This document shows positions 14,852 through 23,997 of a stretch of 32,643 bases of DNA, one piece after another. The DNA lies in IMG/VR virus record IMGVR_UViG_3300031953_000073, positions 1-32,643 of that record. One strand, 5' to 3'. Below the pieces are notes generated by a model that worked only from the letters and a program-made list of their open reading frames with translations, was not told the DNA's origin and made no database searches. This DNA is from a virus. Lineage: Duplodnaviria; Caudoviricetes. The translations under genes were made by a program, and so were the position numbers. How positions within the stretch are numbered: position 1 is the stretch's first letter; each line of letters begins with the position of its first letter.

Positions 14852-17800
14852 TCTGTCGCCCCTCTCAGTCGGTACTCGTAATCGGTTGAGCTCTTGACCG
14901 CGTGGTCTTGATAGCTACCGTCTTTGTCAATCCTAGCGATGACCGAGAAAGTGTCGCCCCCGGTCGCCTCTCGGCGGTCAATATAGTTTGCGACAACCTC
15001 GGGCCGAGAGCCGGTCGGCTCGGGGTTCTCGGCGCTGATGACAATGTAGGACTCGCCCTTTTCGAGCGAGATTAAAGGTGCCATCGGCGTGCCGTAGCTT
15101 GAGGTGAGCAAGCGAGAGGCTGTTACGGTCGGCGTGCTTGGGGCGTTGGTGACGATCGACACCTCGATACGCACCTCTACGTCGGTCGGGATTCCCGTTA
15201 CGGTGTAGGTCGCAACGGTAGAGGCTTGCATCGTCGTGTCGCTCAAGGTGGCGCTATCGCTAACGCGCACGACTTTCACTCGCCGTTGAGTCTGCACGTA
15301 TCCGTCGGCTTGAGCGTAAGACCAAGCAACGGGGTAACTCGAGACCTCGACGCCGGCAGGGTTATCGGCAGCGGGCGAGGTGATTGTGATGACCCCAAGT
15401 GCCGATGCGGTAAAGGTGTCGTAAGGTGACCAAGCCCCCACCGCGTCTAGTTGGTCATAGGTGCGGGCTCGCCACCGATAGTTGGTGCCGTTAGCGAGGG
15501 TGCCGCCAGCGATAACCCTCGAGGCGGTTGTCGAGATTACTTTGCCAGTCGACACGATCGCCGCGCCGTCACTAACTCGCTCGATGATTAGCTCATAGGC
15601 GCTTTGGCTGTCGAGTGAGTTGGCGTCACTGAAGGCCCAAGCGAAAGTCTTGGGTTGCGTGCCGTCAAACCCTGCCGTCGTGGTAAGCGCGGGGGCGTTG
15701 GGGGCGATGTTGCCCGAGCGGTCGCTATACGCCGCAATGCTTTTAGCCCCGCCCGAGAGGTTGGCGGTTTCAACGATGACACGGCGCTCGTCGACCGACC
15801 CGAGGGGCACTCTTAGCTCGCCGTTGGCTGAGCTTTCGGGGCCATGCTCGGTCGATAGGGTGACGAGACCTAGGTCGCTATAGGTCGTCGGGCTGACATT
15901 GAAACGCTTGAGCGTGCGCGACCCCGCGTTACTAGCGAGAAAGTAGGTAACAACCACCTGAGAGGCGCTGTCATAGAAAGCCCCCCACTGGCGAGTGAAT
16001 GCGCCGCCCCAAGCGTTGCCAGCAACCATGACCCCCGAGCCAAGCGCGGCGCCGTTGGTGCCATAGAACCGCCAAACGATAGCCCCCGACTCGACGGCGA
16101 CAAGGGCGAAAGCGCTCGCGCTAACCCCAATCACCTGCGCCCAAGGGGTTGTTAGTGCCGTGCCATTACTCGACTTTGACACGCCGCCAATAACCCCGTT
16201 GATTACGTCGATGACGGCGAAACCGTTAGCCGCCACGACGAGCCTCGTGCCACCCTTGACGAGCGGTGCTACCGCGACCGTGCCCGAGTCATGCTGTGCG
16301 CCGTTGGGGGGCGTAGACAGCCACGAGGGGTCGCTACCGTAGGCCGAGAATAGGTCTGTGCCGCCACCCCCAACGGGGGCACTTAGGTCGATTGTTGCAA
16401 AGCTGACCGCGCCAAGGCCGAGCCAGCCGATACGGCGCGCAACGATAAGCACGGTCGGCACTGGAGACCCCCCTACCCCGGGCACGTATGTCGCGGCAAA
16501 AGACCCGATGCCGTTGCCGGTAGAGGGTAACGCTTGACGGTTAGCCCCTAAGTAGTTCCATGAGGTTGCACCGGTGCGCTCGTAACGAAAGAGGAAAACC
16601 ACGTTGGGATTATCCCCACGTCGACCGATGACAAAGAGGTTGCCGTCGGGGTCGGCGATAAGGGCGATGCCTCGGGGGTTGTCGTTGACCGCAAAGGAGC
16701 TCGCGTCGCTGCCAGTCGGCAGAACGCCGATGGCGACAAAAGTGGTATCAACACCGAGCGTGATATAGCCGAGGGTCAGTGTTGGCGAGGCGGCGCCGTC
16801 ACTTCTAATCTCGACATGCACGCCACCGCTCAAGCTAACGGCGGCACCTTGCACGCCGTCGAGTGTGCTACGCGCCGGGGTCGAGGTTGCCGCGGTGGAA
16901 GATGCGGCCCCGGTTCCTACTGAGTTGACTGCCTTTACGCGAAAGTAATAGTTGGTGGCGGGCGCAAGGCCGTCAACACTGTAACCGCGCACGGTCGAGG
17001 CTTGGCTGACCCCGACTAGGTTGGTGGAGAATGAGGGGTCTGTCGCGTACTCAACTAGATACCCTGTTATCGCAACGCCATTGTCGGTTGATGGCGTGGC
17101 CCAAGTAATCCCCACGAGACCGGGCTTTGCGGCTGCCGTGACAGACAAGGGAGCGCTCGGCACGCCGCCGAGCTTGGTGCTGACATACCCCGCCACGGTG
17201 CCGTTGCCGATCGCGTTTTTGGCGCGTACCCTAAAGTAATAAGTCAAGCCAGGCGTCAAACCTGTCACGGTGTCGCTTGTGACCACGCCAAGGTTTTTAG
17301 ACCCCGCCCCGGCCGTAAAGCTCGAGTTGGTTGCCCACTCGAGCAAGTACCCGGTTACCGCCGTGCCGCCATCGTCGGCAGGGGATATCCATGAGACTAC
17401 GGCCGAGTTAGACCCGCCCGAGACCGCGAGCGAGCGAGGCGCGCTCGGCGTTGTGTTGGTGCGAGCACTGGCCGTTGATGACTTGACGCTCGTGGTGCTG
17501 GCCGCGGTGGCGACCGCGTTCTTGGCGAACACGCGAAAATAATAAGTCGTGTCGTCGCTAAGGCCGCTGACGATGGTTACTGAGTCGGTTGTGCTCTTGC
17601 TGCCCTTGCCGCTAGTAAAGCCTGAGTTGGTTGCCCACTCAACAAGATATCCCGTAATGGCTGACCCGCCATTGCTCGAGGGGGCAGACCAATTGAGGGC
17701 AACGCTCCCATCGTCGCCGGCAGCGCTCAGGCTTGTCGGCGCGCTAGGCACCTCGTCGTAATCAAAACTACCCGGCATGAGGCCGGTAAGGCTGCCGCCG

Positions 17801-18120
17801 TCAGACCAATAAGTCGTGCCGCTACTTGAGTCGCGGCCAAAGAATAATTGCCCCGCCGTGCGCAAGATGCGGAAAACAAAAGTGCCGCTCGAGTCGTCAA
17901 AATAGTCAACACCGCTAGCGGCGCGGCCATCGTAAACAATCTCTTCCCGGCCGCTGCCGCTTTTCCAGTCGATCGATACCGAGTTGACGCGGATAGGCGC
18001 ATCCCCGTTAGCCGCCGTGCGACACGAGGGCATTGGCAGTCCGGTGTTGTACGGGTACGCCGGGCCGTAAGTGTTGCCCTCGTACTTGGTGACGCTGCCG
18101 CCCCAACTTTTTACGCTCAT
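14848..18120 (-). CDS. Large minor tail protein with fibronectin type III repeats
   Basis: Three tandem FN3 units (PSAP...WxxP...GYLxEWAT...GL...YYFRV); further FN3/Ig-like units at the C-terminus; follows the tape measure gene. Confidence 0.88.
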   Translation of the reverse strand: MSVKSWGGSVTKYEGNTYGPAYPYNTGLPMPSCRTAANGDAPIRVNSVSIDWKSGSGREEIVYDGRAASGVDYFDDSSGTFVFRILRTAGQLFFGRDSSSGTTYWSDGGSLTGLMPGSFDYDEVPSAPTSLSAAGDDGSVALNWSAPSSNGGSAITGYLVEWATNSGFTSGKGSKSTTDSVTIVSGLSDDTTYYFRVFAKNAVATAASTTSVKSSTASARTNTTPSAPRSLAVSGGSNSAVVSWISPADDGGTAVTGYLLEWATNSSFTAGAGSKNLGVVTSDTVTGLTPGLTYYFRVRAKNAIGNGTVAGYVSTKLGGVPSAPLSVTAAAKPGLVGITWATPSTDNGVAITGYLVEYATDPSFSTNLVGVSQASTVRGYSVDGLAPATNYYFRVKAVNSVGTGAASSTAATSTPARSTLDGVQGAAVSLSGGVHVEIRSDGAASPTLTLGYITLGVDTTFVAIGVLPTGSDASSFAVNDNPRGIALIADPDGNLFVIGRRGDNPNVVFLFRYERTGATSWNYLGANRQALPSTGNGIGSFAATYVPGVGGSPVPTVLIVARRIGWLGLGAVSFATIDLSAPVGGGGTDLFSAYGSDPSWLSTPPNGAQHDSGTVAVAPLVKGGTRLVVAANGFAVIDVINGVIGGVSKSSNGTALTTPWAQVIGVSASAFALVAVESGAIVWRFYGTNGAALGSGVMVAGNAWGGAFTRQWGAFYDSASQVVVTYFLASNAGSRTLKRFNVSPTTYSDLGLVTLSTEHGPESSANGELRVPLGSVDERRVIVETANLSGGAKSIAAYSDRSGNIAPNAPALTTTAGFDGTQPKTFAWAFSDANSLDSQSAYELIIERVSDGAAIVSTGKVISTTASRVIAGGTLANGTNYRWRARTYDQLDAVGAWSPYDTFTASALGVITITSPAADNPAGVEVSSYPVAWSYAQADGYVQTQRRVKVVRVSDSATLSDTTMQASTVATYTVTGIPTDVEVRIEVSIVTNAPSTPTVTASRLLTSSYGTPMAPLISLEKGESYIVISAENPEPTGSRPEVVANYIDRREATGGDTFSVIARIDKDGSYQDHAVKSSTDYEYRLRGATE

Positions 18121-20126
18121 GGTGTAACCATTCCGCTAGTGCCGCGACCCTGTCGCGCCGTTTGGGTCATGTTCTTGAATATTTCAATCAGCTTAACAAA
18201 GTCGTCGACGCTGTCGGCGGGTATTGTCACCCCGCCAAGATTGTAAGTGTCGCCCCGCCCCGCCCCGGTGAGCAAGTCTTGAGTAGCCGAGTACGGCCGA
18301 ACCGTCGACCCACCCGCGCCAGTGATGAGCTCGGGGCCGGCCTCGCCGGCGATGAAAGTGTCGGGGGCGTTATTGGTGCCTCGAGCCAACATTGGAATAC
18401 GGGGGATATTGAGGCCAAAGGTTTGACCGCCGACAACTGGCACCCAGTCGGGGATACTGACGCTGACAGTGTTTAGCCCGCCTATCACCCCGTTTATCAA
18501 GCTGATCAATGCGTTGAGAGGGCCGCGCACGACACCCAAGACCGCTTGAAAGGCTGACCCGATAAACCCCGATATGCCGCCGAACACGCTCTTTACGGTG
18601 CTGCCGACATTGGTGATGGCGCCCGAGATAAACTTTGCGACCGGGCTAATAACGTTTGCCCATATCCAATTGAACGCGACGCCGAGCGCGGCGAACACCG
18701 GTTGAATGATGGTGCTATTGAGCCACGAGAATATTGCGCCCCAAGCCTTGACACTGGCGATGATGCTATTGACGACCGGCATGATGACGTTGTCGAAAAG
18801 CCAGGCGAACACTTTGCCGATGGCCGCGAATATGGGGGACAGTACCGTGTTCCATAGCCAAGTGAAGATTGCCGCCCAAAGCCCCACATAGATCATTATG
18901 CCGGTGACGATAGGGGTGATGACGTTTTCGTAAAGCCAAGTGAATACCGCCCCGATCGCGGTAAACACCGGCGAGAGAACGACCTCCCAAAGCCAAGTGA
19001 AAGCCGCGCCGATCGCGGTGCTCATTACCGCCCAAGCGTCTTGGAAAAAAGTTGTCTGGGTTGCGACCCAGACTATGCCGCCGACGAGCAAGGCGATTAG
19101 GCCGATTACGATGCCGATGGGGTTGGCTGACATCGCAACATTGAGCGCCCATTGGGCCACGCTGCCCGCCACGGTTACTGCTTTCACGATACCCATGATG
19201 CCGTTATAGGCGGCGAGCGCCCCGGTCATTACTGCCCAAGCCCCGGCAGCAATAAGAATGGCCCCGCCGACCCCTTTGAGCATGCCAATGTTTTCGCCAA
19301 CCCACGAGGCCACGTCTTTGAATCCCGGTATGACGTTGGTAAGCATGAAGCTCATGAGGTCTTGCATCATCGGCAAGAGCGCCGTGCCGACCTCGGCTTG
19401 CATGTCGGACAGTTGCGCCGTGCTGATCTTGGTTTGGTTGGCAAAGCCGTCGCTTGTCTTAGCAAAGTCGCCGACCGCCCGGGCGCCATCCTTGCTCACG
19501 ATGGAGAGCACGGCGGTCGCTTTCTCTTGAGCGGTTAACTCTTTGGCGGTTTTCTTTCCGGTCGCCGCGAGGGCTTCGCTTTCGACTCGGGCCGCGTTGA
19601 TGTTTGGGATAACCGACTGTAGAGAGTCGTACTCTCCCCGAAAGGCGGCACTCATTCGGTCGGCAACGTCGGCCGTGTCGAGGTTTGAGAACGAGCCGAG
19701 GTCGGCAGCTAGCGAAACTGTCTTGATGGACATCCCCGCCGCTGCCTCGCTGGCAAAGCCAAGCTGACTAAACATATCGCCGAAACCGGCAGCGGCGCCG
19801 AGAGCGGCCTCTTTGCTCAGGCCGACTTGGCGCGCGGCTTGATTGCCCCACTCATTCATTATTCCGGCGCTGTCACCAAAGATAACTGAGCTCTTGCTTA
19901 CGGTCTCATTGAGGTCGCTAGCGCCAGTGACGGCGCCGCTTAGCCAGTTGGCTACACCGGCGACCGCCCCGACCGCCACGAGGCCACCGATGAGCTTGCG
20001 GCCCATTCCTGTGCCGGCCTGCTCAATCGGTGCCCCGCTCGCGTCGATGTCTTTCGCGACTTGGCTAGTGACTTTCCTGCCATCGCCGGTAACCTCGACG
20101 ATGCCCTCGGCGATGATGATGGCCAT
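18117..20126 (-). CDS. Tape measure protein
   Basis: Ala/Gly-rich helical sequence with Trp/Phe-periodic repeats; ASDLNET; C-terminal IPMLARG...AGEAGPEL. Confidence 0.92.
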   Translation of the reverse strand: MAIIIAEGIVEVTGDGRKVTSQVAKDIDASGAPIEQAGTGMGRKLIGGLVAVGAVAGVANWLSGAVTGASDLNETVSKSSVIFGDSAGIMNEWGNQAARQVGLSKEAALGAAAGFGDMFSQLGFASEAAAGMSIKTVSLAADLGSFSNLDTADVADRMSAAFRGEYDSLQSVIPNINAARVESEALAATGKKTAKELTAQEKATAVLSIVSKDGARAVGDFAKTSDGFANQTKISTAQLSDMQAEVGTALLPMMQDLMSFMLTNVIPGFKDVASWVGENIGMLKGVGGAILIAAGAWAVMTGALAAYNGIMGIVKAVTVAGSVAQWALNVAMSANPIGIVIGLIALLVGGIVWVATQTTFFQDAWAVMSTAIGAAFTWLWEVVLSPVFTAIGAVFTWLYENVITPIVTGIMIYVGLWAAIFTWLWNTVLSPIFAAIGKVFAWLFDNVIMPVVNSIIASVKAWGAIFSWLNSTIIQPVFAALGVAFNWIWANVISPVAKFISGAITNVGSTVKSVFGGISGFIGSAFQAVLGVVRGPLNALISLINGVIGGLNTVSVSIPDWVPVVGGQTFGLNIPRIPMLARGTNNAPDTFIAGEAGPELITGAGGSTVRPYSATQDLLTGAGRGDTYNLGGVTIPADSVDDFVKLIEIFKNMTQTARQGRGTSGMVTP

Positions 20127-20129
20127 TAG

Positions 20130-20474
20130 TTATTCCTTACCGGTTTCGTGTGTAACGTGTTCTGCCCAACCCTCATTTGAGAGCTTGGCAAGCATGGCCT
20201 CGTCGCTAACCTTGGTGACCTTTGAGCCGCCAGGCGACGCCGACGGCGCGCCGTGCCCCTCATCCTCTTCTTGCCGCAAGGCGACAAGCCGGGCTTGCAT
20301 GACACCAGCGTAAGCACCGAGTCGGGCCGCGAGCGCAAAGTAACGGGGGCCATCGATGTCGCGCCAGTCGTCGACCCGGTGAAAGGCCGAGAGGTCGCTC
20401 TCGATGTCAAGCTCGTAATCGAGTACCCAGTCAAGTTGCGCACGCCTTTCCCCGAGCCCGACTAGCCTTTTGGG
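20130..20474 (-). CDS. Tail assembly chaperone, -1 frameshifted C-terminal part (gpT-like)
   Basis: The -1 frame is open from slippery CCCAAAA (20474-20468) to TAA at 20130: RLVGLGERRAQLDWVLDYELDIESDLSAFHRVDD...TGKE. Confidence 0.85.
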   Translation of the reverse strand, partial: PKRLVGLGERRAQLDWVLDYELDIESDLSAFHRVDDWRDIDGPRYFALAARLGAYAGVMQARLVALRQEEDEGHGAPSASPGGSKVTKVSDEAMLAKLSNEGWAEHVTHETGKE

Positions 20475-20908
20475 CCGTCGAGGCCACCCATCGCGATCGT
20501 TTGGATTTTGCGCACGATGCCCTCGAGCACAGCCGGGCCTTGCTCCCCAACCTTAGAGAGCTCGTCGACGAGGGCGTCATAACCGTCAGGGCCAACCGCG
20601 GTCTCGATGAGCCACGACATGGCCTCGTCGGCGGTTGAGCGCCGGGCCATGCGCAAGTACTCGAGGGCGAGACCCGCGTTGGGCTTGGCCGGCATCGTGT
20701 GCATGACCGGGCGCTCGATGGTCTTGGCTGGCGCTTGCTCGTGTTCGGCATAGGTGGCCTCGGCGCTGTACGCCGGGTTGGGCACGACGCTCGAGGTGGA
20801 GAATACCGGGGCGCGGTCGGCCGAGGTGGCCCACTCTTCATCGCTCGAGTTGAACGCGACGACAACCTCGTCGCGCTTGGCCTTGGTGTTTACGATAAGT
20901 TCTGGCAT
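20462..20908 (-). CDS. Tail assembly chaperone (gpG-like)
   Basis: Lies between major tail and tape measure genes; ends GGC CCA AAA GGC TAG. Confidence 0.88.
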   Translation of the reverse strand: MPELIVNTKAKRDEVVVAFNSSDEEWATSADRAPVFSTSSVVPNPAYSAEATYAEHEQAPAKTIERPVMHTMPAKPNAGLALEYLRMARRSTADEAMSWLIETAVGPDGYDALVDELSKVGEQGPAVLEGIVRKIQTIAMGGLDGPKG

Positions 20909-20939
20909 TTTGTTTCGCTTTCTTTTCGGGGGTTGGTGC

Positions 20940-20973
20940 GGGCTTGGTAGCTTTGGATGATGCCACCAAGCCC
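20940..20973 (-). terminator. Hairpin after the major tail gene (attenuator or mRNA stabiliser)
   Basis: GGGCTTGGTGGC...GCTACCAAGCCC; no U-tract. Confidence 0.55.
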
Positions 20974-20980
20974 GCGGGGG

Positions 20981-21520
20981 TTATTCTGTTGCATCCTCGA
21001 TCTTGAACGGCCGGATTGACGGCGACACCCAATGGCCGGCAAAGGTCACCGGGATGAGGGTCTGTCCGTCTTTCTTGTACGCGCTCGAAACCGCGTCGGT
21101 TTGCAATACCTTGCGGAAAATTGCACGGCGGGGAAAGCCGCCGGGGGCGATTCCCTCAAGCAAGATCGCCCCGTAGTCGGGCAGGAATGCGGCGATACCG
21201 TCGTCGCCCTCGAGCACGTTGGCGGCGGGCGCGGTGTTGTTGATCGCCCGAGCGAGGTTCTCAAGGGTGGCTTCCGCGAGGTTGGTCTTGATTGTGAGCA
21301 CTCGCTTGGTGCGCGTGCGACCCACCTCATAGATAATCTGGTCGACCTCGAGCACGGCGTACTCGTCGGCGATCGTCATTTCGACGCCGTCTTTAGTGCC
21401 ACCAAGATCAATCCATGGGGCTTCGATTGCGGCCGCGATCGTCAGCGGTTCTGCCGAACCGAAAGGCGCGTGATATAGCGACGCTGGCCCTTGAATAAGG
21501 TTTGTGCTTGTTACTGACAT
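20981..21520 (-). CDS. Major tail protein
   Basis: NLIQGPA, WIDLGGTKDGV, TNLAEATLENL, YKKDGQTLIPVTF; synteny. Confidence 0.88.
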   Translation of the reverse strand: MSVTSTNLIQGPASLYHAPFGSAEPLTIAAAIEAPWIDLGGTKDGVEMTIADEYAVLEVDQIIYEVGRTRTKRVLTIKTNLAEATLENLARAINNTAPAANVLEGDDGIAAFLPDYGAILLEGIAPGGFPRRAIFRKVLQTDAVSSAYKKDGQTLIPVTFAGHWVSPSIRPFKIEDATE

Positions 21521-21523
21521 GGG

Positions 21524-21706
21524 TTACTTGCCCACCTTTCGTGGCTTGTCTGGCTCGTCGCTGTCGTTGTCATCGTCGGGCTCGGCCGACTTATCACCCT
21601 TGGGGGAGTAGATAAGCCCTTGTCGCTTGAGGTCTAAGAGCTCTCGCTCGTCGACCTCAATGACCTTGCCCGGGGTAATCGTGGTGCGTACCTTGGTTAG
21701 TGCCAC
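21524..21706 (-). CDS. Small hypothetical virion-module protein
   Basis: GTG at 21706 after GAAAGG (alternative start 21766); KVRTTITPGKVIEVDERELLDLKRQGLI. Confidence 0.7.
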   Translation of the reverse strand: MALTKVRTTITPGKVIEVDERELLDLKRQGLIYSPKGDKSAEPDDDNDSDEPDKPRKVGK

Positions 21707-21765
21707 GGCGCGCCCCCTTTCCGGTTGGGTGATGATGTCGGGCCGGTTGGCCCTCTCGCTCTCCA

Positions 21766-22233
21766 CTAGGCTCGCGCCCAGTCGATAGCAAGGTCTAAGG
21801 TGAACCGGGCATAGCCGGCCGGGTCGTTGGTTACTCGTCGCGGCTCGCTGACAAGGTACGCCGCTTGCACTCGAGCGCCAAGGTAGTTGGCAGGCATCGT
21901 CACCTCTCGCCCATAGAGGGCGGCGTCGGCCTCGGTTGCTTCTCGCACCAATTCGGCCAGGCGGTTAGCCAAGTGCCACGGCGGCTTATTCGAGCCAGGC
22001 GTGCTAGCCCAAGCGTCAAGTTGAAAGACCGGGCGACGCACCGGCACGTCGACATCCGGCGCGCCGCCCGGTAGTGCTTGGATTTGCAAAAAGCCCTCGT
22101 CGGCCCACGTCGAGACATCCTTTGGCAGCGTTGTGCCGACCTGTGCGGCGACAAGCCCGGGCACGCGACTACTAAGCCACGCGACGGCGACAAGCTCGTT
22201 GGTAGGGTAATACGGCCCCGCTGGTGCTGGCAT
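21766..22233 (-). CDS. Tail terminator / completion protein
   Basis: Position upstream of the major tail gene; PVFQLDAW, ARFTLDL. Confidence 0.75.
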   Translation of the reverse strand: MPAPAGPYYPTNELVAVAWLSSRVPGLVAAQVGTTLPKDVSTWADEGFLQIQALPGGAPDVDVPVRRPVFQLDAWASTPGSNKPPWHLANRLAELVREATEADAALYGREVTMPANYLGARVQAAYLVSEPRRVTNDPAGYARFTLDLAIDWARA

Positions 22234-22574
22234 TAGTTTCCACCCTTACCAAGTAGGTCGCGACCGGTTGATTGAAAGAGCGCGGGGCGCATGTAGGGCT
22301 GTGCTCGCTGTGAGCCGCTCGAGGTGCCGCGCTCTACGACCTCCCAATAATCAGCCTCGCCGGCACCGCCGACGCCAACTTGTAGCGTGACCTTAGCGCC
22401 ATCGCGCTCGGTGTCGGCCGCGATAGTGTCGTGCAAGCGCCAAGTATCTTTGGGTACTAGACGTTGCATGCGACCCGCGATGGCCTGCCCAAGGTTGGCC
22501 ATTTTAGGTTCAAGCTCAGCACCAAGCTCGCTATCGGAAGCGGTCTTGGTGATTCTGATGCTCATGCCGGCCAT
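22233..22574 (-). CDS. HK97 gp10-like tail completion protein
   Basis: VPKDTWRLHDTI...YWEVVERGT...AQPYMRPAL. Confidence 0.85.
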   Translation of the reverse strand: MAGMSIRITKTASDSELGAELEPKMANLGQAIAGRMQRLVPKDTWRLHDTIAADTERDGAKVTLQVGVGGAGEADYWEVVERGTSSGSQRAQPYMRPALFQSTGRDLLGKGGN

Positions 22575-22617
22575 TGGGCGTTTCCTTTACGGTCGCGTCG
22601 GGGTATTGCTCAAGGGT

Positions 22618-22971
22618 TTACCCCTTGTTGTTTCTCAGGTCTAAGAGTAGCGCAGCACCCCCCGCAAGGGTGCGAGGTGTGTAAGTTATTTCGTCGATCG
22701 CGTAAACGTCGCCGGTAGTCAAGTCTTTGAGGCGATCGCCGTCGAGGATGACGAGCGAGGGGTCGAGGGGTCGGCCGACCGAGTAGCGCACGGTGAGCCA
22801 GATGCCCGAGGCCGGGTCTTGCACCCGCTTGCTTTTCTCGATGAGAGAGAGAGGGAAAGCCTCGAGACCAAGGGCCGGCGTGGTGTTGTCGTCGACGGTG
22901 TCGCCGAGGCCGTTCTCGGTTGTGCCTCGATAGATGGCTGCCGTGGTCGTGGCAATGATGTTGGCGCTCAT
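22618..22971 (-). CDS. Head-to-tail stopper
   Basis: IYRGTTENGLGD...GDRLKDLTTGDVYAIDE; ATGA overlap; synteny. Confidence 0.75.
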   Translation of the reverse strand: MSANIIATTTAAIYRGTTENGLGDTVDDNTTPALGLEAFPLSLIEKSKRVQDPASGIWLTVRYSVGRPLDPSLVILDGDRLKDLTTGDVYAIDEITYTPRTLAGGAALLLDLRNNKG

Positions 22972-23399
22972 AGTGGGCGCCAAGCCTGGCGACTGTCTTG
23001 CCCCTCGGCGAGCGCGTCAGTAGTCCCCGCCCGAGTCGTGGGGCGACCGGTGAAAACGGTGCGCATGCCGCGCCACGAGAGGCGCTTGATGGCCTTGCGG
23101 GCGAGGGGGGCTAGCGTCATCCAATCGGGGCCACCCGACGCGCTGGCGCCGTCTTGGCTCGTCGTGGTGATGTCGTTGCGCTCGAGGTAGTCAGGGGTTG
23201 GGGCAAGCCAGGCCGCTTGAAAGCAAACCGCTTGGCGTAGCCAGTAAGCGTCACGTCGGCTCATGTCGACACGAGGCACCGACTCGATAGCCCCGGTGTG
23301 AAGCTCGATCGATTGCGCGGCGAGGTTACGCACGGCGAGACTGACCGTCTTGCCGGTCACCTCGGTAATGTCCTCGATGGTTGCCCAAGTGGCAGTCAT
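22968..23399 (-). CDS. Head-to-tail adaptor
   Basis: WATIEDI...LRQAVCFQAAW...LAPLARKAI; GAAAGG RBS. Confidence 0.8.
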   Translation of the reverse strand: MTATWATIEDITEVTGKTVSLAVRNLAAQSIELHTGAIESVPRVDMSRRDAYWLRQAVCFQAAWLAPTPDYLERNDITTTSQDGASASGGPDWMTLAPLARKAIKRLSWRGMRTVFTGRPTTRAGTTDALAEGQDSRQAWRPL

Positions 23400-23422
23400 A
23401 GCCGAGCCTTTCGCTAGGGGTA

Positions 23423-23454
23423 GGGCGGGCGACCCCCCGAAGAATCGCCCGCCC
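23423..23454 (-). terminator. Hairpin after the post-capsid gene
   Basis: GGGCGGGCGA...TCGCCCGCCC, 10-bp stem; no U-tract. Confidence 0.55.
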
Positions 23455-23465
23455 GCTAAGTGACG

Positions 23466-23933
23466 CTAGTTAGCGTCGGTCGTGGAGGTGTCGCCGGTGC
23501 CTTGGATAACCTCGGCATGAGCGACCTCGGGGGCGCTTGCGAGGTGGGCAGGAATGGCGGTCACCTTGTACTTGAGAATCTTGCTCTTGCCGTCGGCATG
23601 AGTTCTCGTGCTGACGTGCTCGACATCACCAACGGGGCGCAAGCCCGCGCTAATCATGTACTGCCGTGTTGCGCTCTTGTTGGCGTCATGGTTGTAACCG
23701 TTAGCCTCGGTGTAATTGCCGGGGCCAAGCACGAATTCTTTGACGTGCTCGGTGCTCTCGTCAGCGTCAACGTCGGCCGATCGCTCGGCCACCTCTTCCG
23801 CTGGAGTGCCGTCGGAAGCCTCGGGCGTTACGACCTCAGCCTCGGGCGTTACGACCTCAGCCTCGGGCGTTACGACCTCAGCCTCGGGTGTTACGGTCTT
23901 GTCGGCCTTGGCCGTCTTGATCTTGAATGCCAT
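23466..23933 (-). CDS. Hypothetical acidic protein after the major capsid gene, with VTPEAEV repeats
   Basis: GAGAGGAAA RBS; 155 aa. Confidence 0.8.
   Translation of the reverse strand: MAFKIKTAKADKTVTPEAEVVTPEAEVVTPEAEVVTPEASDGTPAEEVAERSADVDADESTEHVKEFVLGPGNYTEANGYNHDANKSATRQYMISAGLRPVGDVEHVSTRTHADGKSKILKYKVTAIPAHLASAPEVAHAEVIQGTGDTSTTDAN
23817..23895. repeat. 21-bp coding tandem repeat, about 3.8 copies
   Basis: AGCCTCGGGCGTTACGACCTC three times exactly, plus a partial copy. Confidence 0.95.
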
Positions 23934-23964
23934 AGCTTTTCCTCTCGGGAGTTTGGGCGATAGG

Positions 23965-23990
23965 AGGTGGGGCCGTTGCCGACCCCACCT
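23965..23990 (-). terminator. Hairpin after the major capsid gene
   Basis: AGGTGGGG...CCCCACCT inverted repeat just after the stop codon. Confidence 0.55.
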
Positions 23991-23997
23991 AAGTGGC

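Noticed and set aside
12424-18120. Diversity-generating retroelement or invertible tail-fibre switch
   Set aside because: No reverse transcriptase, invertase, or template/variable repeat pair seen; the FN3 similarity is ordinary domain duplication.
20126-20443. ORF-track protein MRNLTGYS... as the second tail chaperone
   Set aside because: Wrong frame; the -1 frame ending at 20130 gives the chaperone-like sequence.
23817-23895. Possible CRISPR array
   Set aside because: The repeats are contiguous with no spacers and lie in frame within a gene; no cas operon is present, and the Cas4-like nuclease is a common phage exonuclease.
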